NCBI GenBank assembly: GCA_001778275.1
Contig: MFGM01000074.1
Coordinates: 14,814-52,114 of the forward strand
Length of the DNA stretch: 37,301 nt
Direction: 5' to 3'
Source: Candidatus Falkowbacteria bacterium RIFOXYC2_FULL_48_21
GTDB lineage: Bacteria > Patescibacteriota > Patescibacteriia > UBA11705 > JABHMO01
The position numbers and the translations under genes are program-made. Numbering within the stretch: the stretch's first letter is position 1; each line of letters begins with the position of its first letter. The notes below the pieces were generated by a model. It saw only the letters and a list, made by a program, of their open reading frames with translations. It did not search any database and was not told the DNA's origin. Positions 18,395-26,883 of the stretch are shown here, piece after piece.

Positions 18395-19694
18395 AAAAAT
18401 CATTCCGACTTTATGTAAGGGGTGCGGCTTGTGCGTCGCGTTGTGTTCGCAATCGGCAATTTCCATGCGACGGGATGAAATCGGTTTGTATGTGCCGCAA
18501 ATCGATCAGGCCGCTTGCATGGATTGCGGCCTTTGCGCAAAGACTTGTCCGGCGGCCAGTGAATACAGAAAGCATATCGTCGCCGACTCGGATATCAGCC
18601 AAACCCTGCTCGGACCGTTTAAAAAAGTTTTTGTCGGCCGGGCCACGGATCTGGATATTCTGAAAAATGCAACGGCTGGCGGAATCGTTACTGCGTTGTT
18701 GACTTCGGCGATGAACAATAAAATTATTGATTCCTGTCTGGAAGTGAAAGCCGATGAGAGTGATCCGTTTAAGTCGCAAGCGGTTATTATTACAAATATT
18801 GAAGATGTTCGTGGCGTTGCCGGTTCACGCTATTTGCCCGTAGAATTAAGCCCCGCGATTAAGAAATTGTGTGTGGATGTGACATTGAAACGAACGGCGA
18901 TTGTGGGACTGCCTTGTCAATTGGCCGGGGTAAATTTAGCAAAAACATTGGTAACTGAGCTGGAACAAAAAATCGCTTTTACGATTGGCTTGTTTTGCAA
19001 ACAAACCAAAGACCTGCGCTTTACGGATTTAATTTTGCGAACAATGAAGTTATCCAAGGAGCAAGTGCGAAACATAAAATATCGTAGCAACGGATGGCCG
19101 GGAGATGTAACCGTTGTATTGAAAAATGGTGAGGTTAAAACCCGCCCCTGCGGCGCATTCAATGCGCTCTGGGGAACGTTGTCCTGCTCTCCCGCCTTTT
19201 GCCTTACATGCACTAATCCACTTGCGGAGACGGCTGATATCGCAATCGGTGACGCGTGGTTGCCGAGATATATTACCTCAAAAAAATGCAGTTCGCTGAT
19301 TGTCATCCGAACGCAAAGAGGAATGGATATAGTCAATCGGGCCGTTGTTGATCAGGTTGTTGAGCTCGAAGAAATTAATCCGGAAGAGGTGTTAGATATT
19401 CAACCAAAATTTATTATTGCAGCAAAAAAAAATAATTATCAGGCCCGGCTTAAGGTTTTAAGATTCTTTTATAAGGATGTTCACTCTTTGCCTACCGATT
19501 ACGCGACGACAATAAACCGTGGTAGCCGGCTCGAAGCTTGGTGGGTCTACCTTGTTCGTGTGATTTCTTCGAGCGCTCTATTTCGTCACGTCTATCGCTA
19601 TTTCCCGAAATGGCTTTTGCAAATAATGAGCGGATTTTGTCTGAGAGCATGGCGTACTATTTACTCGCGCACCAAACCAAACATTGATATATGA
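18378..19694 (+). CDS. FrhB/FdhB-like (coenzyme F420 hydrogenase/dehydrogenase beta-subunit family) protein with an N-terminal 2x[4Fe-4S] ferredoxin domain
   Basis: 438 aa. CKGCGLCVALC (18414-18446) and CMDCGLCAKTCP (18516-18551) are followed by FrhB-like blocks (ATAGGIVTALL, VGLPCQLAG, GLFCKQ). It overlaps the upstream gene by 17 nt and the downstream gene by ATGA. Confidence 0.8.
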   Translation: MMIKNRKIIPTLCKGCGLCVALCSQSAISMRRDEIGLYVPQIDQAACMDCGLCAKTCPAASEYRKHIVADSDISQTLLGPFKKVFVGRATDLDILKNATAGGIVTALLTSAMNNKIIDSCLEVKADESDPFKSQAVIITNIEDVRGVAGSRYLPVELSPAIKKLCVDVTLKRTAIVGLPCQLAGVNLAKTLVTELEQKIAFTIGLFCKQTKDLRFTDLILRTMKLSKEQVRNIKYRSNGWPGDVTVVLKNGEVKTRPCGAFNALWGTLSCSPAFCLTCTNPLAETADIAIGDAWLPRYITSKKCSSLIVIRTQRGMDIVNRAVVDQVVELEEINPEEVLDIQPKFIIAAKKNNYQARLKVLRFFYKDVHSLPTDYATTINRGSRLEAWWVYLVRVISSSALFRHVYRYFPKWLLQIMSGFCLRAWRTIYSRTKPNIDI

Positions 19695-20836
19695 TAAAAG
19701 AACACAAAGGAACAATTTTATTTGCTGGCAATTTTCAATATCAGTTTCGCGAATTCGCTATGGCGCGAGCGTTGAAAGAATTGGGCTGGCAAATTGAACC
19801 GTTTTCATGGGAAGATTATACCCCGCTGACTTTTATCGGCCGAATTTTATTCAAATATATGCTCGGGCGAACCGTAAAAAGGATTAATGCCGATTTGTTG
19901 TCGATTTGTAAGAGGACTAAACCGGACATTGTATTTTTATGTAGACCAAATTATATCAGCACCGCGACTATTATGGCGCTGAAGTCCCATTGTCGCTTGA
20001 TCGCGACTTGGAATCCGGACAATCCGTTCGGTGGGTATAACTTGAATTCGGCGATGAAATATAAACCGACCGGGATATATCGGTTACTGTTTCCATTGAT
20101 AGTGTGCGAAAAGGCAATCTATTTCAGACGGCTCTGGTCAAAGTTATTGCGTGCCTTACCGCTATATGATATTTGCTTTGTTTATCGGTCGGAAAACATT
20201 GAGAAGTATAAGCAGGCCGGTGTAGAAAAAGTTTACCACCTCCCATCGTTTTATGATCCTGCGCTTCATCGACCAATGACATTGATCGACGCGGACAAAA
20301 AGTGCTATGAACGAGATGTTGTTTTTATCGGTCATTTCGAGCCTGACGGACGAGTGCAATATCTCGAAGCGTTACTCGATAATGACATTAAGTTTCAATT
20401 GTATGGGCAAAGCTGGAATTACTATTTGTCGGCTAAAATCAAAAAAATGTTTTCTGATCCGATTCGCCCGATTTTTGGGATAAACTATACTAAGACGATT
20501 AGCGGTGCAAAAATCGCTTTGTGTTTTCTGTCAAAATTGAATTTAAATCAATATACGCGGCGTTGTTTTGAAATCCCGGCTTGTCGAACGCTTTTGTTAT
20601 GTGAACGCACGCCAAAAATGCAAGAACTGTTTATGGAAGACAGGGAAGCGGTTTATTTTTCCGATCCGCTTGAGCTGGTAGCTAAGGTAAAATATTATCT
20701 GGCACACCCGGCGGAAAGAAACGCAATCGCGGTTGCCGGATACGAGCGCTGCATGTCTTCCGGATATGATGTGGCCAATCGAATGAAAATATGCGATGAA
20801 ATCTTTAATCAGGAGTTGTTTTCGACGACAACGTAG
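19691..20836 (+). CDS. CgeB-like glycosyltransferase, paralog 2
   Basis: 381 aa. Motifs: DVVFIGHFEPDGRVQYL and RRCFEIPACRTLLLCERTPKMQELFMEDREAVYFSDPLELVAKVKYYLAHPAERNAIAVAGYERC. The start forms an ATGA overlap with the upstream stop. Confidence 0.7.
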   Translation: MIKEHKGTILFAGNFQYQFREFAMARALKELGWQIEPFSWEDYTPLTFIGRILFKYMLGRTVKRINADLLSICKRTKPDIVFLCRPNYISTATIMALKSHCRLIATWNPDNPFGGYNLNSAMKYKPTGIYRLLFPLIVCEKAIYFRRLWSKLLRALPLYDICFVYRSENIEKYKQAGVEKVYHLPSFYDPALHRPMTLIDADKKCYERDVVFIGHFEPDGRVQYLEALLDNDIKFQLYGQSWNYYLSAKIKKMFSDPIRPIFGINYTKTISGAKIALCFLSKLNLNQYTRRCFEIPACRTLLLCERTPKMQELFMEDREAVYFSDPLELVAKVKYYLAHPAERNAIAVAGYERCMSSGYDVANRMKICDEIFNQELFSTTT

Positions 20837-20858
20837 TGTGCTTGTTTTTAAATTTAGT

Positions 20859-21968
20859 ATGAAAATATTACTTTTTATCGACAATCCGAGCCAAGACTCG
20901 CTTTACACTTTTTGGGCGAAAGCACTACGTAAACTGGGGCACGAGGTTATTTATTTTGAACAAATGCCGGTTTTGTACGCTCAGCCATGGTTAGCAAAAA
21001 GTAACATTTTGCGTAAAATTTGCCAATGGGGACTGCGCGAAAAGCATCTTTGGGGTATTCGACAAATCTGGCCGATCAAAATTGCTGCTCCGTTAATTAT
21101 TGGGGCGCAGAATAAAATGAACAAAAAATTTATTGAAACGGCTCGCACACTTAAACCGCAATTAATTATTGTGTTGAAGGGTCTCGGCATTTATCCCAAA
21201 ACATTACTGAATATTAAACTGGTGACGGATAGCGTGATTGTTAATTTCAACGGTGATGACCCGCACAACCTTTTTAGCTCCAACCAAAATGTCATTGATT
21301 CTCTGGCGGTATACGATCATGTTTTCACTTGGTCGAAAATGTTGGTGAAGCGTTTAACGGACGACGGAGCGACGCGAGTTCATTATTTACCCTTTGCCGC
21401 CGATGCGGATGTTTATAAAGGCTGTGAAAACCCTACAGCGGAAGAACGTAAAATGTATGGCTCTGATATTGTCTTTGTCGGCACGGGTGATCCGGAGCGT
21501 AAATCTGAATTGGAATCGTTGTCCGATTTGGATCTGGGCATTTGGGGCCCGTATTGGGATCGAAATTGCAAAAAATCACATTTAATGGCACGGCTCAGGG
21601 GTGGGCGAATCGATGTCAATACAATGGCCAAAGTTTATCGCAGTTCAAAGGTGGTTTTAAATTTGATGAGAGAACAGAATTTTTCATCACATAACATGAA
21701 AACGTTTGAAATTCCGTCAATCGGCGCCTTTATGCTGGCACCGCGCACGAGCGAGCACGCCGATTTTTTTGAGGAGGGCAAAGACATTGCCTGTTACGGA
21801 TCAGCGCATGAGCTACGAGAAAAAGCGATTTACTTCATTGCACATGACGCCGAACGTGCGGCAATGGCCAAATCGGCCCATGAAAAAACGCTTCGCTACC
21901 ATACCTACATTCAACGGATGACGGAATTGCTACGTTTAATCGCGCTTGAACAACCGCCTCGCGCCTAA
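20859..21968 (+). CDS. CgeB-like glycosyltransferase, paralog 3
   Basis: The ORF-track ATG 20796 would overlap the upstream gene by 41 nt. The in-frame ATG 20859 (MKILLFIDN...), 22 nt after the upstream stop, is preferred. Motifs: DIVFVGTGDPERKSEL and MKTFEIPSIGAFMLAPRTSEHADFFEEGKDIACYGSAHELREKAIYFIAHDAERAAMAKSAHEK. Confidence 0.7.
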   Translation: MKILLFIDNPSQDSLYTFWAKALRKLGHEVIYFEQMPVLYAQPWLAKSNILRKICQWGLREKHLWGIRQIWPIKIAAPLIIGAQNKMNKKFIETARTLKPQLIIVLKGLGIYPKTLLNIKLVTDSVIVNFNGDDPHNLFSSNQNVIDSLAVYDHVFTWSKMLVKRLTDDGATRVHYLPFAADADVYKGCENPTAEERKMYGSDIVFVGTGDPERKSELESLSDLDLGIWGPYWDRNCKKSHLMARLRGGRIDVNTMAKVYRSSKVVLNLMREQNFSSHNMKTFEIPSIGAFMLAPRTSEHADFFEEGKDIACYGSAHELREKAIYFIAHDAERAAMAKSAHEKTLRYHTYIQRMTELLRLIALEQPPRA

Positions 21969-21988
21969 CACTTTCTTTTTACTCGCTT

Positions 21989-23860
21989 ATGGCCGAAATT
22001 AAAAAAAAGTTCGTCTTTCTAAAAGGGAAGTGGCTGTTGATTGCTTACACTGTTTTGATATTGGCAACTTTGCCGTACGATCTGGCGGTTCGCCCAGCTA
22101 TTCTATATTTGCTGTATGCGTTATTTATTCTTATGCTATTTGTTGTCGTTATCAATAGCCCAAAAAACGCCATCGGTCAGCCGACCGTTCCCGGCCGCGA
22201 CCGATTTTTCTTTTGGTTGATAATTTTATCCAGTTTGGTCATTTTATTCACACGCCTATTACCATTTTTGCGATTTGGCGACGCCCCGCTTGGTTATGAT
22301 ACCGGCTTTTATCATGAACGTTCAACCATGCCTGGTGTTTTAGCCGAAACCGAGCCGTTCTACTTTATTTTGGCCGCATTACAAACGTTTGGAATCGAGA
22401 CGATTTGGGCGATTAACATTCTATGCATTGTGGCGCAATTTTTATTGCCAGGCAGTCTTTATTTGATATTTCGGTCATTGAAAGTTAAACATAATTTTGT
22501 TTTCGCGGCAGTCGCTTTTTTCATTTGCGCGGTTTCCGCTACCCAATTTCACGCTTTTTGGTCCATGTTTCCGCAACAAATATTATCAATCAGCTTCTTG
22601 TTCGCAACCGTGGCGCTGATCTTGCGTCAGTCACCGGCCGCTATCTTGTCCGGCTATCTCGGCGCCGCCCTAAATACACCGACCTTTGCTTTATTTTTGT
22701 TGACGTTGATTATCTTTTTAATTGTCATATGTGTATTAAAATTTTATAAGCGCTTGCATTACGACCATCAGTTCTTGCTATACTCTCTCCTCGGATACGC
22801 TGTGGTTTATTTGGTGCTGGTTGTATTATTTGAAGAGTTTTCCGCCGCCCCAAGCGAAGCCTATCACCTCTATCTCGACCGGTTGCTGGGCGGCATCGGT
22901 TGGTTCATTTTGTTGCCGATCGCCATATTACTATTCCAATTGTTTTGGCGTAAACGGATAATCAGTTATAAGATTTTATTGTTTGTAATTTCTGTTTTTG
23001 CCATGTGGAACTTTTTTTACTTGACACATCACACCGGCGAACTGGATGAAATCAATACCACTATCAGCTTCATTACCGAATATCACGGGTTAGCCAGCAA
23101 TTATCCATTTTGGCGAATACCAGAGATCAAGGGTCTGTTCATTAATGTGAGCACGTTTCGGATGATTAACCTGTTATTTATTCCTTTTGTTATTTTGGGA
23201 TTTTGCTTACCGCGACTGTGGGAACATGACGCGGACGAGGAATCTCTTGTGTCGCGCTGGTTGATGTTTCTATACATCATGTTTCTTCTTTTGCTGGTTT
23301 TCGTAACTTTTCCGTTTATTTACCAAAATCGATTTTTGATCGTTTTCGATATTGTTTTCATTCTCGTTATGACGCCGCCGCTCGCCAGGCTATTATTCGA
23401 CTTTGGAAGGAGCCGCGGGGGACAGATTTTGATTATCTTGTTTTTTTTGATTTTTTCTGCCAAAATAGTGGCGCAAGCTTGGCGCCAGCAGCCAATGTTG
23501 CCCGTGAATGAATATCAGGAAATTAAAACTTTAGCCAGTTTGGTTGAGCCGCGCGCTCGTTTGCTCGCCACCAACAGCAACGATACGCCGTGGGTAATGG
23601 GTTTTTCGAAGCTGATCGCTTTTGGTCCGGGCTATGGCGGTGATACTTGGAGTATGGACGAATGGATCGAATTCTGGCGCGGGGACAGTGATGAACGGCG
23701 ACTCAAGTTAATGAATGACAGCGGTTACTCCAACTATCCGTTCTATTTCTATATCGGCGGCCGTGAACCGATCGATTGGCCGTATCAAAAATTTATTCGC
23801 AATAGCGGCCATTTCGAGCAAACGTCAGAGCACGTTTGGAAATATCTGCCATCATTATGA
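21989..23860 (+). CDS. Large polytopic membrane protein with a C-terminal soluble domain (GT-C-like architecture)
   Basis: 623 aa. About 14 hydrophobic helices occupy the first ~500 aa, followed by a ~120-aa polar C-terminal domain (PMLPVNEYQEIKTLASLVEP...WVMGFSK...YFYIGGREPIDWPY). The loop motif GYDTGFYHE (DTGFY at nt 22298-22312) echoes the DSGFY of the 11194 product. Confidence 0.5.
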   Translation: MAEIKKKFVFLKGKWLLIAYTVLILATLPYDLAVRPAILYLLYALFILMLFVVVINSPKNAIGQPTVPGRDRFFFWLIILSSLVILFTRLLPFLRFGDAPLGYDTGFYHERSTMPGVLAETEPFYFILAALQTFGIETIWAINILCIVAQFLLPGSLYLIFRSLKVKHNFVFAAVAFFICAVSATQFHAFWSMFPQQILSISFLFATVALILRQSPAAILSGYLGAALNTPTFALFLLTLIIFLIVICVLKFYKRLHYDHQFLLYSLLGYAVVYLVLVVLFEEFSAAPSEAYHLYLDRLLGGIGWFILLPIAILLFQLFWRKRIISYKILLFVISVFAMWNFFYLTHHTGELDEINTTISFITEYHGLASNYPFWRIPEIKGLFINVSTFRMINLLFIPFVILGFCLPRLWEHDADEESLVSRWLMFLYIMFLLLLVFVTFPFIYQNRFLIVFDIVFILVMTPPLARLLFDFGRSRGGQILIILFFLIFSAKIVAQAWRQQPMLPVNEYQEIKTLASLVEPRARLLATNSNDTPWVMGFSKLIAFGPGYGGDTWSMDEWIEFWRGDSDERRLKLMNDSGYSNYPFYFYIGGREPIDWPYQKFIRNSGHFEQTSEHVWKYLPSL

Positions 23861-24282
23861 CGACATTAGAGCGCCAACGGCGATCAAAATCAATTTGGAT
23901 AATTATGGGTGCGCTAATTGCTCTGGTCATATTGAGTTTATGGTTGCCGATAATGAACATATTGTCCGGTACACTCGGTGTGATTTTGGTTTTTTTCCTG
24001 CCAGGATTCTGCTTAACCGGCCTCATCTTCCCACAAACGCGTCCGACCGACGAACCGACCCGTATCGAAGTGGCCGGACAAGGCTATCAGTCGGGGACAG
24101 ACATGTTCGAACGAATTTTTTTGAGCCTCTTTTTTTCCTTGTCGTTGACGGCTTTAATTTTTTGGGTCATGCGGTATTTTGCGATATTGACATCACTTAA
24201 AATTATCTACACGGAAGTCATCATGAATCTTATTCTAGTTTGCGCTCTGCTGATAGTAAAACGTTGGCACAAAAAACATTAA
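23857..24282 (+). CDS. Small 4-TM membrane protein, DUF1616-N-terminus-like
   Basis: The ORF-track start 23836 is a TTG. ATG 23857 forms an ATGA overlap with the upstream stop. The 141-aa product contains WIIMGALIALVILSLWLP, GVILVFFLPGFCLTGLIFPQT (it resembles the LPGYAL..LFP block I recall from DUF1616 proteins) and two further helices. Confidence 0.5.
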   Translation: MTTLERQRRSKSIWIIMGALIALVILSLWLPIMNILSGTLGVILVFFLPGFCLTGLIFPQTRPTDEPTRIEVAGQGYQSGTDMFERIFLSLFFSLSLTALIFWVMRYFAILTSLKIIYTEVIMNLILVCALLIVKRWHKKH

Positions 24283-24304
24283 TGTCGCTAGTTTTCTTTT
24301 TTTC

Positions 24305-26872
24305 ATGCAAAATTTCAATATGCGTATTGCGATCGATACTTTGGCCGTCAATCGGGACGACTTCGGCGGCGGAGAACAGTATCTCGCCAATTTAGTTTCT
24401 GCCTTGTCAGACATTGACAAACAAAATCAATATTACATTTTTGTTTGTCCACAAAATAAAGAAAAATTCGACTTGACGCGCCCCAATATAAAAATGATAG
24501 AATGCGCAGTTGATAATCGATATAAAATTAGACGTATCCTTTTTGAACAATTTTGTTTGCCGCGCTTGCTGAAGGCATATCAAATCGATATTTATCATGG
24601 CCCGAATAACACTTTACCATTATGGCTACCATGCCCGGCCGTCGTGACGATTCAATTTATGATCAATTTTATTTCCCCAACGCAGTTCAAACCGTTTTAC
24701 AAGCGTTGGTATTTCAATTTATTAATGAAGCGGTCTGTCCGTAAGGCGGACACGGTCATCGCGGTTTCGGAAAGTTTAGCAAAAGAAATTAACGGTCTGC
24801 TCGGCGTTGATTTTAAAAAAATACGGGTGGTACATCACGGCGTATCCAGCCAATTCTGCCAGCGGAAGGAACCGGGGGAGGCCGATAAACTGCGGCATGA
24901 TTTTAATATTACCCGACCGTATATCCTTTGTGTGGCCAACAACGTTTCGAATAAAAATTATTGCGGCTTAATCCACGCTTTCGCCAAATTAAAATCGGCG
25001 CATCAAATACCACATCAACTGATTTTCGTTGGCTCGACGGATATCGACCCGGTCGAAAAAGCCAAAACGTTAAACGTTATAGCGGCACTGCCGCAATCGA
25101 TATCGGCCGATATTTTATTTTTGGGCTTTATTAAGCACGGGGAACTGCCGAGTCTGTACCGCGGTGCCGCCGTATTTGCCTTACCTTCTTTTTGCGAATC
25201 ATTTGGTATTCCGCTCGTGGAAGCCATGGCTTGTGGCGCGCCGATTGTTACTTCCAATGTTTCCGTCATGCCGGAAATTATCAGAAACGCCGGATTAAAA
25301 GTTGATCCTAAAAATCCATCCGCAATCGCTGAAGCAATTTATTCGATTATCAGCAATGAAACGCTACGGCGCAGATTGTCCGATCGAGCCGTTCACCGTG
25401 CGCAATCATTCACCTGGCAAAACGCGGCGGAAAAAACTTTGTCTGTATATTCGGAAATATTCGCAACAGCAATTTCAACCGAGCCGCAAAAAAAACAACG
25501 GGGTGTTTTATTTATAAATCCGCCACGCGAAGTTCCGCAACGCGTTGATTATCCGCCTCTTGGTCTGGCGTATCTTGCGGCATATTTAAAACAAAATAAT
25601 ATCAAAGCCAGCGTCCTTGATGCCGCAGGCATGACGTGGAAACAATTGGTAGCTGCCGTCAAAAAACGCCAGCCTTATATCGTCGGCTTGCCCTGCTGGA
25701 CAGTGGAAAGAGAACAAACGTTCATGGCCGCCAAGCTGGTCAAGTCGTTTATTCCTGACGTCAAATTGATTTTTGGCGGGCATCATGCCACAGTTTTTCC
25801 CGCACAAATGTTTCGTCTAGCTGATGCCGATGCGGTCGTACTCGGAGAAGGTGAGCTGACCACGTTAGAGTTGGTAACATCGTTGTTGGATAATGCTCCG
25901 TTGGCCGGAATAAAGGGCATCGCCTATCGTGAAGCGGGCAATATTGTGATTACCGAACCAAGAGAATTTATCTCTGATTTGGACACAATTCCTTTTCCGA
26001 GCTATGATGATTTTAATTTGGATGACTATCTCGGATTACCGGAAACAACGAGAAAATCAGCGGCGCTGATGACTTCCCGCGGTTGTCCCTACGCTTGTGT
26101 CTATTGTGCCGCGTCAAAATTTTGGAAACGACAATGGCGCGCACGTTCGGCGCAAAACGTTTTAGCGGAAATTGATTATTTGTATCGCACCCACGGCGTT
26201 AGGGCGCTGATGTTTTTTGATGATAATTTTACGATCCGGAAAGATCGCGTAATTGATATTTGCCACGGTATCATTAAACGCCAACTGGACGTTATTTGGG
26301 CCGCTTGCTCTCATGTAAATCAAATTGACGCCGAAATGTTGGATTGGATGAAAAAGGCCGGTTGCTATCGGATTGATTTCGGCGTGGAATCTGGTAGTCC
26401 CGAAGTATTAAAGAATATCAAAAAAAATCAAACCACCGCCAAGGTTGAGGAAACCTTTCGATTATGCCATGAGGCGGGGATCAAGCCGCGAGCTTATTTG
26501 ATGGTTGGTAATCCGGGCGAAAACGATAAAACAATAGACGAAACAATTGCACTGTTAACTAAAATTAAACCGCATGATACCATAAGCGGGCAAATTCTGT
26601 GGATTTTGCCGGGCACGGAAATATATGACATCGCCAAGGCCAAAGGAATTATTTCCGATGACTATTGGTTGAAAAACGATAAATTCATCCCTTATTATAC
26701 GGGCGAGCATACGGAAAAAGAATTAAAAAAATTGCGTGATAAATTAACCCATGGCACAACTAAAATTGATAAAAAATTTACCGCTTATTTAAGTTATTTG
26801 ATCCGAAAAATATATTATCGGTTTCCGGTACTACAAAAGGCGCGCGCTCTTAAAAAAAGATTCAAAATCTAA
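24305..26872 (+). CDS. Fusion protein: GT4 (GT-B fold) glycosyltransferase plus cobalamin-binding-domain (class B) radical SAM enzyme
   Basis: 855 aa; an alternative start is ATG 24320 (MRIAIDTLAV). The GT4 part extends to about aa 385 (FALPSFCESFGIPLVEAMACGAPIVTSNVSVMPEII). The linker is ATAISTEPQKKQRG. The B12-like Rossmann part reads GVLFINPP...PPLGLAYLAAYLKQNNIKASVLDA...KLIFGGHHATVFP. The radical SAM CxxxCxxC is CPYACVYC at nt 26084-26107, followed by FFDDNF and IDFGVESGS. Confidence 0.85.
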   Translation: MQNFNMRIAIDTLAVNRDDFGGGEQYLANLVSALSDIDKQNQYYIFVCPQNKEKFDLTRPNIKMIECAVDNRYKIRRILFEQFCLPRLLKAYQIDIYHGPNNTLPLWLPCPAVVTIQFMINFISPTQFKPFYKRWYFNLLMKRSVRKADTVIAVSESLAKEINGLLGVDFKKIRVVHHGVSSQFCQRKEPGEADKLRHDFNITRPYILCVANNVSNKNYCGLIHAFAKLKSAHQIPHQLIFVGSTDIDPVEKAKTLNVIAALPQSISADILFLGFIKHGELPSLYRGAAVFALPSFCESFGIPLVEAMACGAPIVTSNVSVMPEIIRNAGLKVDPKNPSAIAEAIYSIISNETLRRRLSDRAVHRAQSFTWQNAAEKTLSVYSEIFATAISTEPQKKQRGVLFINPPREVPQRVDYPPLGLAYLAAYLKQNNIKASVLDAAGMTWKQLVAAVKKRQPYIVGLPCWTVEREQTFMAAKLVKSFIPDVKLIFGGHHATVFPAQMFRLADADAVVLGEGELTTLELVTSLLDNAPLAGIKGIAYREAGNIVITEPREFISDLDTIPFPSYDDFNLDDYLGLPETTRKSAALMTSRGCPYACVYCAASKFWKRQWRARSAQNVLAEIDYLYRTHGVRALMFFDDNFTIRKDRVIDICHGIIKRQLDVIWAACSHVNQIDAEMLDWMKKAGCYRIDFGVESGSPEVLKNIKKNQTTAKVEETFRLCHEAGIKPRAYLMVGNPGENDKTIDETIALLTKIKPHDTISGQILWILPGTEIYDIAKAKGIISDDYWLKNDKFIPYYTGEHTEKELKKLRDKLTHGTTKIDKKFTAYLSYLIRKIYYRFPVLQKARALKKRFKI

Positions 26873-26883
26873 TATACGGAAAT

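Noticed and set aside
23715-24200. 161-aa plus-strand ORF in an alternative frame overlapping the end of the 623-aa membrane protein and the small 4-TM gene.
   Set aside because: The product is Arg-rich with no motif. It overlaps two ORFs that have coherent hydrophobic-helix periodicity and an ATGA coupling junction.
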